From the NCBI GenBank assembly GCA_965215565.1, contig CBDCDZ010000004.1:1184001-1248000 (forward strand): a DNA stretch of 64,000 nucleotides, in the 5' to 3' direction. Below are positions 10,416-19,131 of this stretch, in pieces. The notes beneath the pieces were generated by a model. The model made no database searches and was not told where the DNA came from. It worked only from the letters and a program-made list of their open reading frames with translations. The DNA comes from Trueperaceae bacterium. Lineage in GTDB: Bacteria > Deinococcota > Deinococci > Deinococcales > Trueperaceae. Position 1 is the stretch's first letter; each line of letters opens with the position of its first letter. The position numbers and the translations under genes are program-made.

Positions 10416-10604
10416 ATGCAAAAGCACCAAACCATTTCTGACACCGCAACCCCGCTCAAGCCCACCGAAGTTTGGCAGCAAGACGCCCTGGACGCGGACT
10501 TCTGGCACGGACCGAACAGCATCATCGTCAACACGGCGGCGCTCAAAGAGCGCGAGTTCTACTTTGACATCGTTTGCGTCGAAGCACATGAGCTTGCGTC
10601 ATAA
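10416..10604 (+). CDS. Small hypothetical protein (62 aa)
   Basis: AGGAGG RBS 7 nt before the ATG; downstream hairpin at about 10630-10678. Confidence 0.6.
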   Translation: MQKHQTISDTATPLKPTEVWQQDALDADFWHGPNSIIVNTAALKEREFYFDIVCVEAHELAS

Positions 10605-11198
10605 GTTGACCCAAGAGTTTAACAGTTAGCAGGTCTCATCAGGCGAACAGAACTCGCCAAGGCGAGACCTGCGTTTTTATTAGCAGTCCCACTTATCATT
10701 GCTACACTTCTTCGCAGATATCATCCCTAAAAGTGCGTGCTAGACGATGTTCTTTTTAGTGAGAGCGTTGCTTCGCATGGCTTCGCCCAAGCTGACCAGA
10801 TGATACTTGCTATATATTTTTTAGCGCGACAGTTTTCATTTTTATCTTCTATCAGTTTGAGCGTTCAGCAACTCGCTCGTTTAAGGAAACGCGGTTGCCA
10901 CACAAGCTCAGCGGTAAAATCCTGTTGGTTCTACTCAAGCCTTGCATTTATTCGGCGTCTGTAATAAATTTTAATGTCAAGCTTTTAGTAAGAAACTGCG
11001 TTCAAGACAGCATGACGTAGTTTTCGCAAGACATAAGTTCTACTTGAAGACGCCTGAACAGCACTTTAGAACAGCAGCTCTAACAGTTATCCCATTTGAA
11101 TGTCCGACAGACAAAATCCTAACGCACTCGTCACATCTTCCTAGCCCAACTCGCGATAAAGTTAGGCAGGAAACGGTTATCTAGCCTTTAAGGAGTAT

Positions 11199-11999
11199 GT
11201 GATGAACCTGGGTTACAGCCCCTCCACTGCGGGCGTTTTAGACCTCGAGGACGCCTTTAAGCTCGCCGCCGAGCTAGACTTTACCTTCGTCGAGTTGGCG
11301 TGGGAAATCTTCGAAATTTTGCCAGACGCAGGCCTCTTAGAACGCACCAAGGCGCTGAGTCAGATGACGGGCGTCGGCGTCAGCGTTCACCTCCCCTTCG
11401 TGGACTTAAACCTCGCTTCACTCGTGCCGAGTGCACGTCAAACCGCGGTGGAGCGGGTGCAGCGGGCGCTAGCGGGCGCAGCCGAGCTTAACGCCATCTG
11501 CGGCGTGCTTCACACAGGTCAAAACTCCGTATATCATCCCTTAGCTGTGAACTACGCCATGAAAGCGCTAGATAAGTCATTTGCAGAGTTTAGCGAAGTC
11601 GTGCCTATCGCTGCCGAGAACCTCGCCCTCACCTCACAAGACCTCATCCAAGGACCGGATGCGCTCAGAGACCTCACCGAGCGCGCCGGGTTTCACAACT
11701 GTCTGGACTTCGGTCATGCGTATGTCGAAGCGGGGCGAACAGGCGAACGCGCTCTCACCGAGCGCTACTTTGAAGTTTTGGGCGAGCACATTATCCATTT
11801 GCACGTGCACAGTAATGACGGCCTGACGGACCAACACCGCCCGCTGAGCGAGGGAAGTCTCCCCTATCACCGCTACGCGAACTTCTTACGCGGCTTCTCA
11901 GGAACGGTGTGCTTAGAGGTCACGGGGGGTGCGGAGGGCGTGCGCAGCAGTGCGAAACACCTGCGCACGCTCGTCGAGGGCTTGGCGCACACACCCTGA
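11199..11999 (+). CDS. Sugar phosphate isomerase/epimerase (AP endonuclease 2, TIM barrel)
   Basis: SVHLP, AEN, LDFGH, HLHVHSN and DQH metal-binding motifs. Confidence 0.85.
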   Translation: MMNLGYSPSTAGVLDLEDAFKLAAELDFTFVELAWEIFEILPDAGLLERTKALSQMTGVGVSVHLPFVDLNLASLVPSARQTAVERVQRALAGAAELNAICGVLHTGQNSVYHPLAVNYAMKALDKSFAEFSEVVPIAAENLALTSQDLIQGPDALRDLTERAGFHNCLDFGHAYVEAGRTGERALTERYFEVLGEHIIHLHVHSNDGLTDQHRPLSEGSLPYHRYANFLRGFSGTVCLEVTGGAEGVRSSAKHLRTLVEGLAHTP

Positions 12000-12118
12000 T
12001 CCGTTTGCAAATGAGGTACACTCAGTTACGCCGATCAGATGGACAAAGTCATGCGAAGCAACACCCCTGCTATACAGGGCACTGACTAACCCGCACGATC
12101 AACGGTGAGGTTCCATCT

Positions 12119-12160
12119 TCAGGCGAAGCCGTTCCGCTAGGCTTTGCCTGAGAGCGGGAT
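12119..12160. repeat. Palindromic repeat core, inverted version of the one at about 1489-1530
   Basis: caggcgaagccgttccgctaggctttgcctgagagcggga. Confidence 0.6.
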
Positions 12161-12239
12161 AGCTCTGCAAGCTGAAACCTGCGGTCATTCTCGTTACGTT
12201 ATAGAAACGCTGAATGACCTTCTCAGAGTGAGGTGAAAT

Positions 12240-13229
12240 GTGGCTGATCAACTACGCTGGGGCGTCTTGAGCACCGCCAATATCGGGGTCAAGTCAGTGA
12301 TTCCGGCGCTGCAAGCGTCCTCCAACGGCGAAGTCGTTGCTATCTCGAGCCGCAACCGAGACAAAGCGCGAGAGGTTGCGGACAAGCTCGCTATCGCTGA
12401 GGCTTACGGCTCATACGAGGAGCTGTTGGCATCCGATATAGACGCTGTCTACAATCCTCTCCCTAACAGTTTGCATAAAGAATGGACGCTCAAGGCGCTA
12501 GGGGCGGGCAAACACGTCTTATGCGAAAAGCCTCTGGGCGTTAGCGCTGACGAATGTGAAGAGATGGCGGCGGTCGCTAAAGAGAACGGTGTCTTGCTGA
12601 TGGAAGCGTTTATGTACCGCTTTCATCCGCGCTTCGCCAAGCTCACCGAGTTGCTGGAGCGAGGGACCATCGGCGAACTTATGCTGGTTCGCAGCACCTT
12701 TAGCTTTAAGCTGAGCCGCGAAGACGATATCCGCTGGCAACCGGACTTGGGCGGCGGCGCACTCTACGACGTGGGGTGCTACTGCGTCAGCATGAGCCGA
12801 ACGCTCGCAGGCGAAGAGCCCGTGAGCGTGCAAGCCTACGCGCGCTGGTCAGACACGGGCGTCGATGAGGTTTTAGCGGGTGCGCTGCGGTTTCCGAATG
12901 GCGTTCTGGCGCAGATCGACTGCGGTTTTGCGCTTGATAGGCGTGAATTCGTCGAAGTCGTCGGGAGTGAGGGGCGGCTCGAGCTGACAGACGCCTTCAC
13001 CTCTAAGAACAGAGAAGCGCACATCACCGAAAAACACCCGGGGCAAGAGGACGAGACGCACCGCGTTTCGGGCGAAGACCCTTACAAGAGGATGGCGGAG
13101 CACTTCGCCGCGTGCGTCTTAGACAACAAACCACTCCGCTACCCGGTGAGCGAAGCGGCTGCGAACATGCGCACTATCGAAGCGCTCTACCGCGCCGCTC
13201 GCAAAAGCAGCCCTAGCGCATCATCGTGA
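12240..13229 (+). CDS. Gfo/Idh/MocA family oxidoreductase
   Basis: WGVLSTANI, HVLCEKP and GGGALYDVGCY motifs. Confidence 0.92.
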   Translation: MADQLRWGVLSTANIGVKSVIPALQASSNGEVVAISSRNRDKAREVADKLAIAEAYGSYEELLASDIDAVYNPLPNSLHKEWTLKALGAGKHVLCEKPLGVSADECEEMAAVAKENGVLLMEAFMYRFHPRFAKLTELLERGTIGELMLVRSTFSFKLSREDDIRWQPDLGGGALYDVGCYCVSMSRTLAGEEPVSVQAYARWSDTGVDEVLAGALRFPNGVLAQIDCGFALDRREFVEVVGSEGRLELTDAFTSKNREAHITEKHPGQEDETHRVSGEDPYKRMAEHFAACVLDNKPLRYPVSEAAANMRTIEALYRAARKSSPSASS

Positions 13230-13392
13230 CCGCGATGATGCCTAAGAGCGCCGCCCAGCCCGCCCACTGCGCGTTCTGTTGCAGCTTAGGATAGCGCTCG
13301 TAAAAGGCAGGCACGAAGCGAAAAGCGATAGTGATGAGCCACAGAATCAGGAGTGCAAGGTAAGCGTAGCCCTGCCAAGCTTGTTCGAACAT
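13213..13392 (-). CDS. Small leaderless two-TM membrane protein (59 aa), absent from the ORF track
   Basis: MFEQAWQGYAYLALLILWLITIAFRFVPAFYERYPKLQQNAQWAGWAALLGIIAVTMMR*; TACACT box 5 nt upstream of the ATG. Confidence 0.6.
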   Translation of the reverse strand: MFEQAWQGYAYLALLILWLITIAFRFVPAFYERYPKLQQNAQWAGWAALLGIIAVTMMR

Positions 13393-13410
13393 GCTTTAGT
13401 GTACCTGATA

Positions 13411-13763
13411 TAGCAGGTATCATCTGGTCACAAACGCTCTCACTTCACAAGACACCGTTGCTAGGCAGCAAACTGCGTAACTAGCACGCACATGCGGTGA
13501 TGAAGTTCCGTTACAGCAAAGCTGTGAAATCTGCGTGATTCAAGCTCAGTAGTTGCGACAGTCACTTTATGTGGGTATGCCTCGGTTATAGGGATGCGTA
13601 CGAATAGCAGGTATCATCCGGTCAGAGATACGCTCACTTTATAAAACGATGTCTAACACGCACTTCAAGGGATGAGAGACCCTTGCCGGTTATGAAATTT
13701 TCGCGAATGCGAAAGGCAAAACTTCGTAAGCGCTCAACTGTCTCAATGTATCGTGGAACTGCT
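13411..13763. repeat. Two adjacent family A repeat copies (13411 to about 13515; 13605-13763)
   Basis: Both begin TAGCAGGTATCAT; the second ends GGAACTGCT. Confidence 0.75.
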
Positions 13764-13839
13764 GGAAGATAACATTTTGAGTCCAACCTCATTCAGATGG
13801 AAGGTTTATCAAACCCGCTCGTGCTGCCCGGACGACGAC

Positions 13840-13879
13840 AAAAAAGAAAAGAGGTCAAGATAGACTCCTGACCTCTTTT
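13840..13879 (-). terminator. Intrinsic terminator of the pha operon
   Basis: aaaagaggtca...tgacctctttt inverted repeat with a U-rich tail on the minus strand, just after the phaC stop. Confidence 0.7.
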
Positions 13880-13897
13880 CAATGGTATTGAACGAAC

Positions 13898-15016
13898 TTA
13901 ACTGCGCTTCTCCAACCACTCGGTGATGAGAGGCGGCAAATTGCGCTGCACCTTGCTACTCACATACATGCCGATATGACCAACGGGAAAGGCGTGCTCC
14001 TCAAAGTCATCCGTGCCGATGTACTCACCCAACACTTGCGATGAGGTCGGTGGGACGAGGTGGTCTTGCTCAGCGTAAACGTTGAGAACGGGCACCTTCA
14101 CATCTTTGAGGTTGACCTTTTTGCCACCTAACTCGACTTCACCTTTGATGAACTTGTTGTCCTGGTAGAAGTCTTTGATGAACTGGCGGAACGCTTCGCC
14201 AGCTTGGTCGGGCGAGTCGAAAATCCACTTCTCCATGCGGAGGAAGTTCTCCAACTTGTCCTCGTCGTCCATAAGGTCGATCATGCCGACGTACTTGCCA
14301 AGACCCAGCGAGAAGGGGCGGAGCATCAAGTAGCCGAAGTTCATGAAGCTGCCGCCGACATTGCCTAGCGTGTCTACCATTAGATCGACGTCCATCGCCT
14401 CTGCGCCGAAGCCTTCCGCGCCGGACCACTTGTTGAGGAGCCCCTCTTTGGCGTGAAAGTCAACGGGCGTCACCATCGTGATGAGGTTCTTGACCTTGTC
14501 GGGGTGGAGCGCAGTGTAGCAGAGGCTGAAGGCTCCCCCTTGGCAGATGCCCATGATGTTGATGGCGTCTAGCTCGTGGCGCTCGCGCACAGCGTCCACA
14601 AAGGTGTCCAGGTAGTCGTTGATGTAGTCATCCAGCGTGCGGAAGCGGTCGCCGCGACGGGGGTAGCCCCAGTCAATGAGGTAGACGTCCACGCCGCGCT
14701 CCAAGAGGTTGCGCACCAAGGAGCGGTCCGGCTGCAGGTCCACCATGTAAGGGCGGTTCACCAGCGCGTACGAGATGAGCAGCGGCACGGGGTTCGGATT
14801 TTCGACTATAGGCGTGTACCGGTATAAGGTCATGTTTTCAATACGCATGACCTCTTCTTTAGGCGTTTCGCCTACCTTGATATCCTCTTCGTTCAGCTTG
14901 CCTAAGTTCTCCAAGCCGCTCAAAAACTTCTTGTTGACCTGCGTGAACTCGCGGGTCATCTCGGCGGGGTCGAAAGGGGCAGGGTTTGTAGTGTTATAGG
15001 GCGCGGGACCGGGCAT
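13898..15016 (-). CDS. phaC: Class III poly(hydroxyalkanoate) synthase subunit PhaC
   Basis: Lipase box GICQGG; YALVNRPY, FLRMEKWIFD, DHLVPP and GHIG motifs; about 370 aa. Confidence 0.95.
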   Translation of the reverse strand: MPGPAPYNTTNPAPFDPAEMTREFTQVNKKFLSGLENLGKLNEEDIKVGETPKEEVMRIENMTLYRYTPIVENPNPVPLLISYALVNRPYMVDLQPDRSLVRNLLERGVDVYLIDWGYPRRGDRFRTLDDYINDYLDTFVDAVRERHELDAINIMGICQGGAFSLCYTALHPDKVKNLITMVTPVDFHAKEGLLNKWSGAEGFGAEAMDVDLMVDTLGNVGGSFMNFGYLMLRPFSLGLGKYVGMIDLMDDEDKLENFLRMEKWIFDSPDQAGEAFRQFIKDFYQDNKFIKGEVELGGKKVNLKDVKVPVLNVYAEQDHLVPPTSSQVLGEYIGTDDFEEHAFPVGHIGMYVSSKVQRNLPPLITEWLEKRS

Positions 15017-16355
15017 CTGCGCCTCCTTCCTCGTTGTTGGGCGCGTCGCTCAGATACTCGAGGATGTTCCTCGCGCGGCTAGGTCCAATACCGTTGAGCG
15101 CGACGAGTTCTTCCTCGGTGGTCGGCACAGCCTCGAGCGTGGCGACGCCCGCCGCAAGCAAGAAGTCACGCTCGGGCAGGTCGTCAGGCAGAGGCGTGCT
15201 GTTGTCACCAGTAGGCGCGTCTGCAGGTGCGTCCGTAATTGCAGGTTGCGTGAGAAAAGCGTTTACTTCGCGGAGCTGCCGCTTCACAGCGCGCAACTCC
15301 TTGCGGAGTTCGTAGATATTTTGGTGCGCTTCGTCCACTTCGGTGCGTGTAGGCAAGCCGCGCGACTCCAAAAACGCCTCTTGCAGCGCCTCTTCGCGCT
15401 TGCGGTAGAGCATTGTCGCGCTCAGCAGTTTGCCCTGCGCGCGGATGTACTCGGGCGAGCGGAACTCTTCGACGAAGACCTTGTCCGCCACCGTGATCCA
15501 CTTTTGGATCAGCGTCTGGTAGCTCGAGATACTCTCACCGCGCTGCGAGAGAGCAAGCATCTCGTCCATGATAGCGCTAAACGCTTTGCTCGAGATGCTC
15601 GCCATCTGAGCGCCGTAGTCAGCGCCCGAGCGCTGCACATCCACCCAAGCGTCGAAGCTTTGCAGGAGCTTTTGATTCGTCTCGCGGGTATAGCCTAACG
15701 TCGGGCTCGAGGCGTAACGTCCCACGGTCTTCTCAAAAGCGTCCCAGAAGACGTTGCTGAGTCCTATCATGTTGCCGCTCATCACGTTCTCTAACGACCT
15801 ATTTTCTAAAGACGTGGAGGAAGGCATTTCCTTAAAGGGCTCCATCCAGAGCTGCATGACGTTCTGGCTCTCTTCTAAGTAGGCTTGCCACAGCTCCATG
15901 ACGCTTTGCGATTCCTGAAAACCGCGCGAGGCGGCGTCCATCCACTGTGACTGCACCTCTTGGGTATATTGCGCAAGCGCCTCAGACCAGTTACCAGATG
16001 TCATCTGCGGCGCGAGGTCTTGCCACGCCTTCGAGGTCATCTCCAAGAGTTGCAGCATCATGTTTTGACCAGAGATTGCGCCTTCGGCAGTGCTCCGGGC
16101 GGTGCTGCTTGCGCTCACTGCGTCACCCGATACGCCCTCAGACCAAGCTTGCAAGCTCTGCTCGGTCAACTCGCGCCACTTTTCAGTCGCCTCGAGGTAG
16201 GGGTTCATGTATGGATTGGACGCGGACATCGTTTTCGCCGCGTCCATCCAGCCGTCCCACAAGTTCTTCTGCATCTCGACCTGCATCTGAGTCCAGGCAC
16301 CCAACATGCCGCCCTGACCGTTCGTCATCGGATTCGTAGGAATTCTAGTCGCCAT
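14994..16355 (-). CDS. phaE: Class III PHA synthase subunit PhaE with C-terminal helix-hairpin-helix extension
   Basis: PTLGYTRE, WI..AD..F and LPTRTEVDE motifs; overlaps phaC; tail LVALNGIGPSRARNI. Confidence 0.85.
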   Translation of the reverse strand: MATRIPTNPMTNGQGGMLGAWTQMQVEMQKNLWDGWMDAAKTMSASNPYMNPYLEATEKWRELTEQSLQAWSEGVSGDAVSASSTARSTAEGAISGQNMMLQLLEMTSKAWQDLAPQMTSGNWSEALAQYTQEVQSQWMDAASRGFQESQSVMELWQAYLEESQNVMQLWMEPFKEMPSSTSLENRSLENVMSGNMIGLSNVFWDAFEKTVGRYASSPTLGYTRETNQKLLQSFDAWVDVQRSGADYGAQMASISSKAFSAIMDEMLALSQRGESISSYQTLIQKWITVADKVFVEEFRSPEYIRAQGKLLSATMLYRKREEALQEAFLESRGLPTRTEVDEAHQNIYELRKELRAVKRQLREVNAFLTQPAITDAPADAPTGDNSTPLPDDLPERDFLLAAGVATLEAVPTTEEELVALNGIGPSRARNILEYLSDAPNNEEGGADARSRAL

Positions 16356-16356
16356 G

Positions 16357-16890
16357 TTACTTCGCAGCTTTAGCTGTTTTTTGACCCGCTTCGGCGGTCT
16401 TTTGCGCCATGTCCTTCTGGGCATCGCTCACCTGTTTCGCGGCGTTTTGCCAAGTCTCCATCGTGCGCTGACCCTGCTCTTGCCAACTCTCCATACTCGC
16501 GCCACTACCGTAGTTACGCGCTATCTCAAAGTACATGTGCGCGAGGCTCTTCTGTGAGGCGGTGGCGTTCATAACGATCTCTTGGAGCTGCTTCGCACCT
16601 TCGTTCATGGGGTCGGGCAGACGCATCATGTTCATCATGTTCTGCAAGTACATGCGCGTCATCTCGGCCTGGAAGTCGAAGCCTTTTGCGACGGAATTTT
16701 CCATGATGTCGAGCGCTTTTTTGCGGTCGCCCTCCAGCTCAGATGCGCTGCTCTTTGTACCCATGCCCATCATCGTTTGCACGATCTGCGTATAATTGTC
16801 GAGCATCTGCTTTTGGGTGTCCATCCAGGTTTTCGTGAGTTGCTCGCCCTGTTTCATCGTGTCCTGTGCTTGCTTGTTAAAGTCGCTCAT
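16357..16890 (-). CDS. Phasin-like / PHA granule-associated helical protein
   Basis: Q/M-rich amphipathic helices; AGGAGG RBS; stop 1 nt before the phaE start. Confidence 0.6.
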   Translation of the reverse strand: MSDFNKQAQDTMKQGEQLTKTWMDTQKQMLDNYTQIVQTMMGMGTKSSASELEGDRKKALDIMENSVAKGFDFQAEMTRMYLQNMMNMMRLPDPMNEGAKQLQEIVMNATASQKSLAHMYFEIARNYGSGASMESWQEQGQRTMETWQNAAKQVSDAQKDMAQKTAEAGQKTAKAAK

Positions 16891-17146
16891 CAAGAGCCTC
16901 CTTCTGTGCGGGTTCTGCTGTTTAGGTTGACCAGTGTGTTTTGGGGTATTCCAAAGTTCGATTAATAGTTGGTCGGCAATAAGAACTATTACCTGCTTTC
17001 TAGCATAACGATTTTTTCACACATTGCAAGTAGCCAAGACGCAATTTCAGCGATAAGAGGGACGAAAAGAGCCCAAATGCTCGTTTTTTCGTGCTGCAAG
17101 GCATCTTTAGCGGTCTCAAAAAGCCGGTTAGACCCTTTTATCTAAT

Positions 17147-17656
17147 TTAGCGCTCATCTTCTTTTTCCCCATCAACTCCTTGACCCGGTTGACTCATCCG
17201 CGACCACGACCTCCACCACGCGCTCTGCGCTTCTAACGTCTTCTGCACCGTATCCTCCCACGTTTTAAGCACCTCTCTGGTTTGCTCGCCGCTCATCGCC
17301 TGCCCCGTGCGGAGTGCCTGCACGGTGCGCTCGGACTCCTTGAATTTCTCCAGAAGTTCTTCGTACTTCGCCTCTAAAGCGTCGTAGCGCGACTTAGGCA
17401 CCATCCCAAAGGACGCCAGCCACGCCTCAGTCATTTGGTTGAACATTTCAGGCTGACCTGCTAGGTTCGTAGGTAGGGCGTCAGGTGAATAAAACTGCGT
17501 CATCATCTCTGCGAAGTTCGGCGGCTTGCTCGCGTTCGGGCTTCCTTGTGCGGTTCGCTGAAACATCTCGTTCGCGCTGCTGCTCGCCTTGGTCGCCTCT
17601 GCCATAAAGCGGAACCACGCCTCGAGAAGCTTAGGGTCGTAAGGGTTGGAGGTCAT
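17147..17656 (-). CDS. Hypothetical coiled-coil protein, probably PHA-associated
   Basis: FGMVPKSRYDALE..YE.L resembles PhaE/PhaR-type segments; leaderless TACACT-6nt-ATG. Confidence 0.55.
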   Translation of the reverse strand: MTSNPYDPKLLEAWFRFMAEATKASSSANEMFQRTAQGSPNASKPPNFAEMMTQFYSPDALPTNLAGQPEMFNQMTEAWLASFGMVPKSRYDALEAKYEELLEKFKESERTVQALRTGQAMSGEQTREVLKTWEDTVQKTLEAQSAWWRSWSRMSQPGQGVDGEKEDER

Positions 17657-17945
17657 GGGCTTAGTGTATAGGTTTATCTTTGTCAAAGATGGACGAAATG
17701 GCTGAGTAAAAACACAAGTGAGAGGGAACGTCGCGCTTTCCTCATGCTACCGCTAGTCGCCTCTGGAGATAGCCCCGCAGGTAGTCCCTATAGCCTGCCA
17801 TAAGCCTTGCTAAGCGGCGCGGTCTGCTATCTTAACGTTTATATCTGTAACTACCGAGGGGCGCATGGTTGACCCCCTGTCCCCCTCCAAGACGACGTTC
17901 TAACGCCACCACTACGCAGCTTGTAGCGAGATACGAGAGGTCACT

Positions 17946-18953
17946 ATGCAACGACGCCATCTTCTTCTTCTGCTCCTCCTCTTGACCGCTTGCGGAAATC
18001 CGAGCGCCAGCACTTCGGAAGGAGAAACCGCTACAGGTGAAAGCGCAACGCTGATAGAACCAGCGTGCACAGGTCCTGTCGACATTCCCGATGAGGCGCT
18101 CCGGCGCTACCTTCGCGCTGAGCTTGGGAGAGAGGAAGGGGAGTTGACCTGCGCGGACTTGGCGAGTTTGACCTGGCTGGAATACGGCTTCGAAGCTGAG
18201 GAACCCGTCAGAAGTTTAGAAGGGCTGCAGTACGCTGTCAATTTGGAGAGCGCGCGGTTTGTAGCTGACCTTTTCGAGCCCGCTCACCTCATCGAGGATT
18301 TGTCACCGCTCGCTGACCTTACGAACCTCAAGTCAGTTGAAGTCGTCAACGACAAGAACCTCGACCTCTCCCCATTAGCCAACCTCAGCAGTCTGAATAC
18401 GCTCACGCTGAACGTTGCAACGTTAGGCGATCTGACGCCAATCGCGAATCTGAAGAACCTCGAGTTCCTCAGCCTGTCCAGCCCAAACACGGGCAGTCTC
18501 GGCATCAGCGACCTCTCTTTCGCGGCGAACTTAACCGAACTAACTGCGCTTAATCTGGCTTACAACCAAATTAGCGACCTCACACCTTTGGTGAACCTCA
18601 CCAAGCTGGAGTCGTTGGTCCTCGCTGAAAACCAGGTGGGCGACCTCGCGCCTCTGACGAATCTAACCCAGCTAGAGCAACTCGTGCTTTACGACAACCG
18701 GGTTGCTGACCTGACCCCGCTGCGGAACCTAACCTCTCTCAAGTCTATCGACCTCGCCGATAACCAAATCAGCAACCTCGCACCGTTAGCCGAGAACGAG
18801 GGGCTGATGGAAGACGAGTTTCTTCCAGTCAGCGTCCGTCTGGGCGGAAATCCCCTCAACACCTGCCCCGGTAGCGAAGCGAGAGCGGCGATCCAAACAC
18901 TCATAGAGCGCGGTGTGGAGGTCAGCTTCAGCGAAGGTGAGAACTGCGGTTAG
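17946..18953 (+). CDS. Internalin-like leucine-rich-repeat lipoprotein
   Basis: Lipobox LTAC; 22-aa LxxLxLxxNQISDLxPL repeats. Confidence 0.88.
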   Translation: MQRRHLLLLLLLLTACGNPSASTSEGETATGESATLIEPACTGPVDIPDEALRRYLRAELGREEGELTCADLASLTWLEYGFEAEEPVRSLEGLQYAVNLESARFVADLFEPAHLIEDLSPLADLTNLKSVEVVNDKNLDLSPLANLSSLNTLTLNVATLGDLTPIANLKNLEFLSLSSPNTGSLGISDLSFAANLTELTALNLAYNQISDLTPLVNLTKLESLVLAENQVGDLAPLTNLTQLEQLVLYDNRVADLTPLRNLTSLKSIDLADNQISNLAPLAENEGLMEDEFLPVSVRLGGNPLNTCPGSEARAAIQTLIERGVEVSFSEGENCG

Positions 18954-19131
18954 ATAGGAGTGTTGCGTTCACTGAACGGGGCGCTCGAAAAGCCACACTC
19001 AACTTCCTCATTAAACTTTAATTAATGTGCAAAAAACCTTACATTTTTGCCCTTAGGTTGTTATGGTGACTTTGTCCACACCACCTAACAAGTGGCACAA
19101 CTCGGGTCTCATTTCAGGAGGACTATTCGTT

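Noticed and set aside
10737..10964. 75-aa ORF in the AT-rich intergenic region
   Set aside because: No RBS, atypical composition and no recognisable motif
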